DNA of 57,490 nucleotides. Origin: a virus (Duplodnaviria > Caudoviricetes). The notes under the pieces were generated by a model. That model did no database searches. It was given only the letters and a program-made list of their open reading frames with translations, and was not told the origin of the DNA. The position numbers and the translations under genes were made by a program. The DNA lies in IMG/VR virus record IMGVR_UViG_3300010376_000038, positions 1 through 57,490 of that record. One strand, 5' to 3'. This document shows positions 17,425-25,739 of this stretch, one piece after another (positions within the stretch are counted from its first letter, which is position 1; the number at the start of each line of letters is the position of its first letter).

Positions 17425-18135
17425 CTAGACCCCGCACATCCTGCTGGTGTTCGGCCAGGCCCCGTAGGAGCCACCGGAGTTGCGGACCACGTTGTTGGCG
17501 ATGGCCTGCTGCTCGGCAGCACTGGCATTGGCCGGGTTGCCGGTGCCCCCGTTGGCGTACCACGTCCCCAGGGTGAACTGGAGGCCCCCGTAGAAGCCGT
17601 TGCCGGTGTCGATGTGGGCGTTGCCACCGCTCTCATGCTGAGCGATGCAGGCCCAGACTCCCGTGTAGCCCCCGGAGCTACCCGAATAGGTGGTCACAGG
17701 GGCCGCATACACAGTACGCGTATGCGTGACGGGGGCGCTGACCTGGCTTTTCGTGGGTGCATACGTGTACTGCGTATGCGCCGGGGCGCTCGCGATTACC
17801 GGTGTAGGAGCGTTATAACTAGCCGGTGGGATGGTGAGCACCTGTCCGACCATGATCAGGTTCGGGTTGGGTATCTGATTGAAGGCGGCGAGTGCAGGCC
17901 AGCCCCGGTGCCAGGTGATTCCGAGTCCCCACAGAGTGTCACCGCTGACAACAGTCACTCTTGGGAGGCTCGGAGTCGCCGCCGTAAGCACGAAGCTGGG
18001 AAGTGCGCTTGGGGGCGAACCACTGGCTGCCGCCACTTGCGCTCCTGCGTCCGGTGTCGGTGCGGCTCCAGCCGCCTGGGGGACTACTGTAAAAACGCCG
18101 CCTACGAGGGCGGCAAGGAGTAGAAGTTTCCTCAT
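17425..18135 (-). CDS. rpf: Secreted LysM plus Rpf-type lytic transglycosylase
   Basis: Signal peptide MRKLLLLAALVGG; LysM VVSGDTLW...NPNLIMVGQVLTIP; Rpf domain WACIAQHESGGN..TGNGFYGGLQF..TW...EQ...GAWP. Confidence 0.92.
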   Translation of the reverse strand: MRKLLLLAALVGGVFTVVPQAAGAAPTPDAGAQVAAASGSPPSALPSFVLTAATPSLPRVTVVSGDTLWGLGITWHRGWPALAAFNQIPNPNLIMVGQVLTIPPASYNAPTPVIASAPAHTQYTYAPTKSQVSAPVTHTRTVYAAPVTTYSGSSGGYTGVWACIAQHESGGNAHIDTGNGFYGGLQFTLGTWYANGGTGNPANASAAEQQAIANNVVRNSGGSYGAWPNTSRMCGV

Positions 18136-18360
18136 GGGATCCTTTCGTCGTGCCCCTTCGGGTCGTACTACGGGGTCTTACGAGGGAACGAGTCAACATG
18201 CTGACACGAACCCTAAGCTGGGCCGATAGGCAAACCTCCCGATGGGGTAGTCACAACAGATCGGCAAGGCTTACACAGAAGGGCTATGGCTGTCCACCAG
18301 GGCCTCTGGTAGCATCCCGAAAAAATACGCACCGGGCTGGAACCAGGGGGAGCATTATCT

Positions 18361-18729
18361 GTGGCTACCGTGACTCACATCGACACTCAGATTGACATCG
18401 CATACCTACGCTGCCGGTCCTATGGACACGCGTGGGACGAGTTCAACCCCATCGACATGGAAGCCCCCTGGTATGGATGGCGACTCTCACTGCGCTGTCT
18501 AAGGTGTACTACTGAGCGTCATGACAACATCGACTTCAAGGGCAAGGTCATGGGGCGGCGGTACATTTACCCCCAGGGTTACCAGCAAAAAGGTGTGCCC
18601 AAGGTGGTCTTCCGCGAGGAGCTTTTTTCCAAGCTGCGCTCTAAGCTGGAGAAGGCTAACCAGATCGGTGAAGACGTCCCGGCCCCGGTCAGGACGAGGA
18701 GCAGGAAGAAAGTGGCAGCAGGCGCATGA
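18361..18729 (+). CDS. Zinc-binding phage protein
   Basis: CRSYGHAW and CLRC. Confidence 0.75.
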   Translation: MATVTHIDTQIDIAYLRCRSYGHAWDEFNPIDMEAPWYGWRLSLRCLRCTTERHDNIDFKGKVMGRRYIYPQGYQQKGVPKVVFREELFSKLRSKLEKANQIGEDVPAPVRTRSRKKVAAGA

Positions 18730-19580
18730 CGAACGGCAAGAGCAAGGAGACCGCCAGGATCCAGGAGGTGTCTCCGACACTCGCCAAGCGGTGGCTTGAG
18801 GGCAATGTGGACAACCGCAACTTGCGGGAGCCGCGTGTCCTCCAGCACGCCCAGGTTCTCCAGAGGGGGGAGTGGGAGCTAACCGGAGACGCCATCGTCT
18901 TCGATGAGGACGGCACTCTGCTTAACGGCCAGCACCGCCTGACCGCCGTGGTGGTGACCGGCATCCCGGCTCGATTCATCGTCCTCCGGGGGGTGCCTTC
19001 CAAGGCACAGGAGGTGTTCGACTCGGGGTTGACTCGCACGCTCGGAGACCAGCTACAGCGCAGGGGGGTGCCGTATTACACGTACATCTCCTCTGCGCTG
19101 TTCTGGCTGCACCGCCTCAAGTACTCCGAAGAGACCAACGTGGCCCACTACGCGGAGCCATCCCTGCGGCCCTCCTTCCGGCAGTTGCTCAGCATCTACG
19201 AGCACAACAAGGAGATCGTGGATGAGGTGCCCAAGATCTCCAGGCATGTCGCCAACCTCAAAGTGCGGGCCGGAGCAACCCTTGCCATCCACCACCGGCT
19301 TCTGGAAATAGACGACCTGAACATCCCTGAGGAAGTCGACATATTTTTTGAGAAGTGGCTCACGGGTGAGGATCTCAAGGCCAGTGACCCCATCTATCGA
19401 CTGCGGGAGTGGTGCCTTGACGATGCGGCCAAGCGCCACACTAAGGGTCGTGCCCCGGACTATCGCTACGTGGCCTACGTGATGCGGGCCTGGAACCACT
19501 GGCGGGATGGTGAGCAGATCCGCCACATCTCCTGGAGTTACACGCCTACAAAGAGAATGGCATGGCCGATACCTCACTGA
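18726..19580 (+). CDS. ParB/DGQHR-like protein
   Basis: N.DNR, GEW..TGDAIVFD, LLNGQHRL.AV, D.G..R. Confidence 0.78.
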   Translation: MTNGKSKETARIQEVSPTLAKRWLEGNVDNRNLREPRVLQHAQVLQRGEWELTGDAIVFDEDGTLLNGQHRLTAVVVTGIPARFIVLRGVPSKAQEVFDSGLTRTLGDQLQRRGVPYYTYISSALFWLHRLKYSEETNVAHYAEPSLRPSFRQLLSIYEHNKEIVDEVPKISRHVANLKVRAGATLAIHHRLLEIDDLNIPEEVDIFFEKWLTGEDLKASDPIYRLREWCLDDAAKRHTKGRAPDYRYVAYVMRAWNHWRDGEQIRHISWSYTPTKRMAWPIPH

Positions 19581-20614
19581 CCCCTCTCCGCGACAAGGTC
19601 ACCCGGTCGGACATCCGGGAGGCGTACCGCCAGGCCCAGGATGAGTTGCGTGAGACTGTCAACTACCGCCCGGAGGTGCTCCAGTCCTCCAGGCCGGTCG
19701 ATGTCGTCCACATCCGCCAGCAGCTACTGCGGTGGTGGGAGCGCCCTGGGGAGTGGCAGCGCCGCTTCGCCATGCAGGGCCGTCGCTCCATCGAGGGCCA
19801 CGAGGACGCCCCCTTCAACGCCACCGGCACCCAGTTGCAGATCGCTGAGGGCTTCCGGGACGCCACCCTGTACTGGGTCAGCCCGGAGATGTGCGACCTG
19901 ATCGCGGCCATGGCCCCCAGCATCCCGGAGACCCTGCCTCAGCCCCCGGACGAGTCAGGCTTCGTGCTCCTGGCACGCTCGATCCCCGGCACTGACGCCG
20001 CCACCGGAGGGACCATCTACACCACCGGCTACCTGTGGCACACCGTGATGACGGTGGTCGGTCCCTGCCTGGCTATCGAGACTTACTCCTGGCGGGACAT
20101 CGTGTTCATGTACGAGATCATGAATGACGAGTTGAAGGAGATGTTCCGCCAGGCGGTGCCCTGTCGGCTCATGCCGACTGGTGGGTCCGAGTGGCCCATG
20201 GATCAGGAGATCTCGGACTTCTCCAAGCTGACCGCCGACGACGGGATCATGCATGACTCGATGGTTGAGGACCGGCGCACGCTCTGCACCTTCTGGGCGC
20301 TGGCCTCCCAGAAGATCGCCCTCAACGAGACCTGGCAGCCGGATCGAGCCACCCGGCGTAAGGCTGTGCGTGAGAAGTGGAAGACCATCCCTTCAGTCCG
20401 GATAATCCGCTTGCGGGAGCCGACCGTCCGGGCTGATCACGGTGCTGGCCGGGATGTGGAATGGAGCCATCGCTGGATCGTCGGAAAGCACTGGAGGAAC
20501 CAGTGGTATCCCAGCACCGGCCAGCACCGTCCCAAGTTGATAGAGCCGTACCAGAAGGGGCCTGCGGACAAGCCGCTCAAGATCAGGGAGACCGTGCGGG
20601 CACTGGTGCGGTGA
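19562..20614 (+). CDS. Conserved phage protein with C-terminal HRWIV..HWRNQW motif (paralogue 2)
   Basis: WSHRWIVGKHWRNQWYPS..PYQKGPADKPL. Confidence 0.8.
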   Translation: MADTSLTPLRDKVTRSDIREAYRQAQDELRETVNYRPEVLQSSRPVDVVHIRQQLLRWWERPGEWQRRFAMQGRRSIEGHEDAPFNATGTQLQIAEGFRDATLYWVSPEMCDLIAAMAPSIPETLPQPPDESGFVLLARSIPGTDAATGGTIYTTGYLWHTVMTVVGPCLAIETYSWRDIVFMYEIMNDELKEMFRQAVPCRLMPTGGSEWPMDQEISDFSKLTADDGIMHDSMVEDRRTLCTFWALASQKIALNETWQPDRATRRKAVREKWKTIPSVRIIRLREPTVRADHGAGRDVEWSHRWIVGKHWRNQWYPSTGQHRPKLIEPYQKGPADKPLKIRETVRALVR

Positions 20615-20781
20615 GCGACTTCGCCAACTTCAAGCCCATTGGCTACTACTCGGAGTGGGGTTGCTACGAGTTCATCTACGACGAGGATGGCAACATCGTC
20701 GGCAGCCGGGAGGTTGATGGTTGGAGTGGCGACCTGGGCAACGGCTGGACGTGGGAGATCAGCCGAGATGCCCCTGAGTAA
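20611..20781 (+). CDS. Small hypothetical protein
   Basis: GTGA coupling; MSDFANFKPIGYYSEW... Confidence 0.6.
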   Translation: MSDFANFKPIGYYSEWGCYEFIYDEDGNIVGSREVDGWSGDLGNGWTWEISRDAPE

Positions 20782-21244
20782 CCTGCCTGGTCCCTGGCGC
20801 TGGGAGGATCGCGGCCCTCGTGGCTGGTGGCGGGTCAACGACTCCCTGGGGATCGAGGACGGCCCCCATCCGGCCCCGCCCACTCTTCACGCCAAGTTCT
20901 ACGACCGTCAGGGCAAGCTGATCAATCTGTACCAGTTTGAGGAGTACCTGGGCGACCCCGACTACAAGGTGCTCAAGCAGGACGTCTTCGTCATGGGCGG
21001 TGAGCCGGTCATGGTCTCGACGGTCTGGCTGGGACTTGACCACAGCTTCATAGGAGGTCTTTTCCGTAGCCTCCCCCACCGCCCCCTGATTTTTGAGACG
21101 ATGATCTTCGGTGGTACCCACGATCTTCAACAGTGGCGCTCCCACACTGAGCAAGAGGCCCTTGAGGCCCATCGCGAAGCAGTCACGCTATTGCAGCTTG
21201 AGCTAGACGCCCTGGGTGAGACCCAGGAGCGCAAGGAGGATTGA
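20768..21244 (+). CDS. Conserved phage protein of the VSTVWLGLDH...FETMIFGG type
   Basis: Motif VSTVWLGLDHSF...PLIFETMIFGG...EALEAH. Confidence 0.75.
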   Translation: MPLSNLPGPWRWEDRGPRGWWRVNDSLGIEDGPHPAPPTLHAKFYDRQGKLINLYQFEEYLGDPDYKVLKQDVFVMGGEPVMVSTVWLGLDHSFIGGLFRSLPHRPLIFETMIFGGTHDLQQWRSHTEQEALEAHREAVTLLQLELDALGETQERKED

Positions 21245-21520
21245 ATGGCGAAGGTACAGGCCGTTGTATGTGACCTGAAGTCCTGCGGGAACATGGCCCC
21301 TGCTGCGGAGGGGGCCGAGATCCCGACCGGCTGGGTCATGTCCGAGTACTACATCGAGGGTGAGGGCAGCCTGGAGGCGCGGGTCTTCTGCTCCTGGGGC
21401 TGTGTGTCCTCCTGGGCCAACAACAGGATCCAGACCCCCCGGCGCAAGCGCCGCACCAAGGAACAGATCGCCGCCGACGAGGCCACCAAGAGTGGGGCCT
21501 TGGCTCCCACCGATGCCTGA
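21245..21520 (+). CDS. Small zinc-binding protein
   Basis: CDLKSC and FCSWGC; GGAGG RBS. Confidence 0.72.
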   Translation: MAKVQAVVCDLKSCGNMAPAAEGAEIPTGWVMSEYYIEGEGSLEARVFCSWGCVSSWANNRIQTPRRKRRTKEQIAADEATKSGALAPTDA

Positions 21521-21689
21521 CGTCCCCGACGACCTGGAGCATGTTCCTCCGGTAGCTGAACTGGGTGGGGCCATCGGTCGCAGGGCCACCGTGCATTGCC
21601 AGCAGGCGGCTCATGACCTCTGTGACCAGGACTGGTGCATGTGCCGGTGCCACAAGCGGCACTGGTACGACCGCGATATCAACGCCTGA
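21513..21689 (+). CDS. Small Cys/His-rich protein
   Basis: C...H..C....CMCRCH. Confidence 0.6.
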   Translation: MPDVPDDLEHVPPVAELGGAIGRRATVHCQQAAHDLCDQDWCMCRCHKRHWYDRDINA

Positions 21690-21711
21690 ACCACAACCAA
21701 CAAGGAGAGCC

Positions 21712-21987
21712 ATGACATCCCTAGTAGCAGAAGCCAACCGCGTCGAGGATCACGAAGGTGACGTCATCGTGATGGTTGTCCTGGACACGTCCGGGGACAC
21801 CAAGCACATCTGGGACCGGCGCAACGCCGAAGAGGTCGCAGAGGCCCGCTCGCTGTTCGACCGCATGAAGGCCAAGGGCTTCCAGGCGTGGAGTGTGACG
21901 CGTGGAGGTGACAAGGACAAGCGCATCACCGAGTTCGACCCCCAGGCCGAGAAGATCATCTTCGCCCCTGCCCTCGTGGGTGGCTGA
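21712..21987 (+). CDS. Putative ubiquitin-like (beta-grasp) protein ending in Gly-Gly
   Basis: AAGGAG RBS; C-terminus KIIFAPALVGG-stop; apparent strand-strand-helix-strand-strand-strand order. Confidence 0.62.
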   Translation: MTSLVAEANRVEDHEGDVIVMVVLDTSGDTKHIWDRRNAEEVAEARSLFDRMKAKGFQAWSVTRGGDKDKRITEFDPQAEKIIFAPALVGG

Positions 21988-22652
21988 TGCCCGCCCAGTA
22001 CTACTGCCCGCAGTGGTATGGCACCAGCAACAGCACCATGACCACTCAGACCCTCTACTACCCCCAGAACTGGAACACCGGCACCGCCTCCACCATCTAT
22101 ACGACGGGGAGCAATCAGATCTGGACCCGGTGGAATGAGCAGTGGGTCCAGACGGCGATCACCAGCACCGACATGGCCTGGCAGCGGTGGATCAACCAGT
22201 CTCAGGTGTACACCTACCAGCAGACGCCCACGCCCCTCACGCCGGAGCAGCTTCAGGCTCAGCGCGAGGCCAGCGAGCGCTACGAGATGCAGCGCCAGGA
22301 ACGGCGTCAGCGCCAGACTGCTGCACGGGCACGAGCCAGGGTGCTCCTGGGTGAGTTCCTCACCGATGAGCAGAAGGCTGAGCTAGAGCGCCAGGGTCAG
22401 TTCCATGTGACCGGCTCCAAGGGCCGGAGGTACTGCATCCGGGCCTCCGGTCAGTCGGGCAACGTGGATCTGCTCAAGGCTGATGGGAGCGTGCAGGCCA
22501 CCCTGTGCGCCCACCCGACCATCGTCCCTGGTGAGTCGGAACTGGTGCCGGAGGCCGACGCCTGGCTGATGCAGATGATCGAGATCCGCCATGACGAGGA
22601 TCGCTTCCTCCGCACCGCCAACGTCCATCGCGGACGGTTGCCTGTTGGGTAA
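21987..22652 (+). CDS. Partner of the GG protein; T/Q-rich N-terminus, C-terminal domain with LCAHP
   Basis: TGATG coupling to the GG stop; F.VTGSKG.RY.I, LCAHP, DE.RFL..AN. Confidence 0.75.
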   Translation: MPAQYYCPQWYGTSNSTMTTQTLYYPQNWNTGTASTIYTTGSNQIWTRWNEQWVQTAITSTDMAWQRWINQSQVYTYQQTPTPLTPEQLQAQREASERYEMQRQERRQRQTAARARARVLLGEFLTDEQKAELERQGQFHVTGSKGRRYCIRASGQSGNVDLLKADGSVQATLCAHPTIVPGESELVPEADAWLMQMIEIRHDEDRFLRTANVHRGRLPVG

Positions 22653-22665
22653 GTTCCTCAATCTC

Positions 22666-22884
22666 ATGCCCGGTGAACTTGAGCCGGGTGACGACCTAGG
22701 GGAGCGGGGCATCTTCCTGCGCCTGGAACCTCTTGGTGAGGTGATGGTCACCGGTCGCTACGACTGCATCCTCGTCTACCAGGACGACACCAAGGAGTAC
22801 TGGCACACAGAGGCCCCGCTCCGCATCTACCGGGAGTACTGGCACACAGAGGCCCCGCTCCGCATCTACCGGTCCAACGAATGA
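22666..22884 (+). CDS. Small hypothetical protein with an internal 13-aa duplication
   Basis: EYWHTEAPLRIYR twice; alternative TTG start at 22645. Confidence 0.6.
   Translation: MPGELEPGDDLGERGIFLRLEPLGEVMVTGRYDCILVYQDDTKEYWHTEAPLRIYREYWHTEAPLRIYRSNE
22794..22871 (+). repeat. Perfect tandem duplication, 39 bp x 2
   Basis: ggagtactggcacacagaggccccgctccgcatctaccg at 22794 and 22833. Confidence 0.95.
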
Positions 22885-22894
22885 AAGGAAGAAA

Positions 22895-23557
22895 ATGACA
22901 CAACCAGAACCCACAAAAAATGATCTCAGCCCGATGACTCGGGCTGAGACCGAACCAGTGCTCCTCCTGGACACCACTGGCTCGATGACCTGGCCCGCCT
23001 CTGACAGCAGCCCGGTCACACGCCAGCAGGTCGTCCACGAGGCCCTGTCGGGCGTTGTAGCGGCCCTAGAAGCCAAGGATAGTCAGGCAGCGGCTGAGAA
23101 AGCTGCCGGTGAGGACGCTGGCGGTGTGATGCTGGTGACCTTCTCCGATGGCACAGCCCAGGTGCTGGAAGACATCAACTCGGCCAACTTCGTGGAGAAG
23201 TGGGGTGAGATCCAGTGGGGTGGCTCGACGCAGATCATGCCGGGGTGGAACGAAGTCCTGGAGAACTACATGGAGGAGTTCGGTGACGAGCCGATCACCG
23301 AACGCCCTGCTCTTCTGGCTCTGGTCATCACCGATGGTGAGGCCCAGGACATGGCCGAGTTCTCCCAGGTGATCGCCGGAGCCAAGGGCGGCACCTACAT
23401 CGCGGTGGCCGTCATCGGTCACGGGCCGGATCATGACGCCGCCCTGTCTCAGTGGCAGAAGGCGGCTGATGGACATGATCACGTCCGGGTGCTCGCCTTC
23501 GGAGGCGAGACTGACCCCTCAGTGTTGTCTGACGGCCTGCTGGCAATGGTGGGCTAA
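22895..23557 (+). CDS. von Willebrand factor A (vWA) domain protein
   Basis: MIDAS-like LLLDTTGSM, GGST, VITDGE; GAAAGGA RBS. Confidence 0.9.
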   Translation: MTQPEPTKNDLSPMTRAETEPVLLLDTTGSMTWPASDSSPVTRQQVVHEALSGVVAALEAKDSQAAAEKAAGEDAGGVMLVTFSDGTAQVLEDINSANFVEKWGEIQWGGSTQIMPGWNEVLENYMEEFGDEPITERPALLALVITDGEAQDMAEFSQVIAGAKGGTYIAVAVIGHGPDHDAALSQWQKAADGHDHVRVLAFGGETDPSVLSDGLLAMVG

Positions 23558-23563
23558 CACCCT

Positions 23564-24055
23564 GTGACCCGCGAGGAGACCTTCAACATTCTCTGCACCA
23601 TCATCGAGGAGACTGATGGTCGGGACATTGAGGAGGTCTCCAACCGGATCATGGATGCCCTGGAGGTGATCGGGGAAGACCTCCTCGATCACCTCGATCC
23701 ACCTGTGGGACTCCGGCGCTGGCTGGAGTCCCATGGGCTGTCCCTGGTGGTCTCCTCTGAGGTCACGCCCCCTCAGGTCTGGGAGGCCCTCCAGGGAGAG
23801 GACCGTGACGACGACGAAGTAGTAGAGGACTTGGGGGAGGGTCTTGGGGCGGTGCCCCTCCCCCAGGTCGGTGACTATGTCGAGTTCCATACGGCTCCGG
23901 CTGGGCCTCGCGGCCAGAGTCACATCGGCTCTGGCCGGATCAACGCCATCACCTCTGAGGGCTGGGTCATCGTCCAGGACAGCCCCACCCACGAGGAGTG
24001 GTTGAACCCTGAGACCGACGCCGTCAGGATCGTGACTTCTCCTCCAGTACCCTGA
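23564..24055 (+). CDS. Acidic hypothetical protein
   Basis: 163-aa ORF, GTG start. Confidence 0.68.
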   Translation: MTREETFNILCTIIEETDGRDIEEVSNRIMDALEVIGEDLLDHLDPPVGLRRWLESHGLSLVVSSEVTPPQVWEALQGEDRDDDEVVEDLGEGLGAVPLPQVGDYVEFHTAPAGPRGQSHIGSGRINAITSEGWVIVQDSPTHEEWLNPETDAVRIVTSPPVP

Positions 24056-24269
24056 CGAAGCGCTGTAGCTCCTCCAGAGTGAACATGGTGCGGCTCCCCA
24101 CCTTGATGGGATGTAGCTCCTTGTTCTGGACGTAGCGGTACACCATGGCCTTGCTGATGCCGCCCAGCATGCGACCGGCGTCTTCGGCGCTGTACAGCAG
24201 CGGGGGAACCTCCTCCGGAGCCTGAGGCTCCGGATCGGGATCCTTGCTGCGGGCCAGCTTGCGAGGCAT
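24024..24269 (-). CDS. Excisionase-like helix-turn-helix DNA-binding protein
   Basis: LLYSAEDAGRMLGGISKAMVYRYVQNKELHPIKVGSR. Confidence 0.85.
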   Translation of the reverse strand: MPRKLARSKDPDPEPQAPEEVPPLLYSAEDAGRMLGGISKAMVYRYVQNKELHPIKVGSRTMFTLEELQRFVRVLEEKSRS

Positions 24270-25237
24270 CAGCGGTTACGGCTCAACCGGCGAACCTTGG
24301 GGGCCTCCTCCGGCTCCGACTCCTCGACGTCCATCGGCTCCTCCGGCTTCATGTTGAACTGGATGCCCTCCAGGCCGGAGAGGAAGTGGCCGGTCCACTC
24401 CTCCAAACCAGTGAAGAACCGGCTGCCGAAATCGTCCAGGATGCTCCTGAAGCTCTCCAGGACCGCATGGGCCGGTAGCGTCACCGGCTTGTCAGCCACG
24501 GCCTCCTGGGCGTCCACAGACGTCTCTGTGACCGACTCGGACGAACCCTGCTTCTCCAGGATGGCGACGATCATGTTCTCACGGGCCTTGCGGGCCGGGA
24601 GGCCCATGCCGGTGGCGATGTCCTTCACCTGGGCGTGGCTCATCTTCTCCATGGCGGCGCGGGTGTAGAGGCCCTCTTCGACGGTCTCCTCTTCGACCTC
24701 GTCGTCATCTTCAGCTTCCTCGTCCTCGTCGTCGGACTCGTCCTCGCCCTCGTCGGGGCCTTCGGTCTCGTCGCCCAGTTCGGCCAGACCGTTGGTCAAG
24801 TCCAAGACCTTGATCCCGGCGTCGATGAACTTGCCGACGACGGTCTGAAGCTCGTCGTCCCGCTTCTCGTCCCAGAGCACCATGAGGACCGCCTGGGGGG
24901 CCTCCACCAGGAGGGTCTCCATCTGGGTGAACACGTCGGTGACGAGGTAGGTGTTCGCCGCACCCTGTGCGATCTGAAGGAAGGCCCTGCGCTTTTTGTC
25001 CTCTGTGTTGGTGATCACCTCGTAGGTGATCTTCGACTTGCGGGCCATCTCGGCCAGGCCCGACAGCGAGTCGCTGAACTCGTCCTGCGTCAGGGGGAAG
25101 ATGAACTTGGCCGGTTCGTCGGGCTTGATCGACTCGTTGATGAACTCTTCGATCAGGTCCGTTGCCGGATCCGGTTCCATCTCCCCAGTGCCAATGAATC
25201 CAATGGTGATCCCTGCGGGGGGTTTTCCTCGTGGCAT
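24269..25237 (-). CDS. Acidic protein with a Rho-N-like helical nucleic-acid-binding module
   Basis: AAGGAGG RBS; YTRAAMEKMSHAQVKDIATGMGL...RENMIVAILE after an acidic linker. Confidence 0.75.
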   Translation of the reverse strand: MPRGKPPAGITIGFIGTGEMEPDPATDLIEEFINESIKPDEPAKFIFPLTQDEFSDSLSGLAEMARKSKITYEVITNTEDKKRRAFLQIAQGAANTYLVTDVFTQMETLLVEAPQAVLMVLWDEKRDDELQTVVGKFIDAGIKVLDLTNGLAELGDETEGPDEGEDESDDEDEEAEDDDEVEEETVEEGLYTRAAMEKMSHAQVKDIATGMGLPARKARENMIVAILEKQGSSESVTETSVDAQEAVADKPVTLPAHAVLESFRSILDDFGSRFFTGLEEWTGHFLSGLEGIQFNMKPEEPMDVEESEPEEAPKVRRLSRNR

Positions 25238-25323
25238 GCGACCTCCTTACGTCTGCCCAAGCCACCCTTGCAGCCTCAGGTGGTCACTGCACCGCTCTGG
25301 GGGATTTTCTCCGGAGCCACTGG

Positions 25324-25363
25324 AAAAAGCAGAGACCCTCCCGTCTGGAGGGAGGGTCTCGCT
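25324..25363 (-). terminator. Intrinsic terminator ending the tail operon
   Basis: gagaccctccc/gggagggtctc stem followed by TTTTT on the minus strand. Confidence 0.8.
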
Positions 25364-25436
25364 ACCGCACTTCTCCGGGCTGGAACAGGAGATAGTGAGT
25401 GTGACAGTACAGGAAGGGGTACTACATGTCCAGCAC

Positions 25437-25739
25437 TTACCTCCTGCGACCTCTCCCTAGTACCTCAGACACGATCCGGTCACGCTGGTGCCGGAGCACG
25501 GTGTCACCCGCATGCACGAGCAGTGAGATGCCCGATGCCCCCACCGCGACCAGCACACGGGTTTCCCACGAGTGGCGCACGAGCAGCAGGCTCAGGAGGG
25601 CACAACACAGCAAGTTGACGGCGGCTTTCCACCAGGCCACCTGATGCAGACCCACCCGGAGGGCCACCTCTTTCCATAGCTCGGTGAGCCGGGTGGCCCC
25701 AAAGCCGATGAGCAGGGCGTAGCCCAGGTCAGCACCCAC
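25437..25739 (-). CDS. Small membrane protein, holin-like
   Basis: Two to three hydrophobic segments and a basic C-terminus; last gene of the structural operon. Confidence 0.55.
   Translation of the reverse strand: MGADLGYALLIGFGATRLTELWKEVALRVGLHQVAWWKAAVNLLCCALLSLLLVRHSWETRVLVAVGASGISLLVHAGDTVLRHQRDRIVSEVLGRGRRR

Noticed and set aside
18221-18300. c-di-GMP-I riboswitch on the + strand (GGCAAACC) or ydaO riboswitch on the - strand
   Set aside because: Only a short seed matches; the GAAA tetraloop, receptor and ydaO consensus are missing
3865-19580. A Dnd phosphorothioation system (PAPS reductase plus DGQHR protein)
   Set aside because: The genes are 14 kb apart and no DndA, DndD or DndE equivalents are visible
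24024-24269. Prophage excision module
   Set aside because: Excisionase-like HTH only; no integrase, att site or host genes in the window
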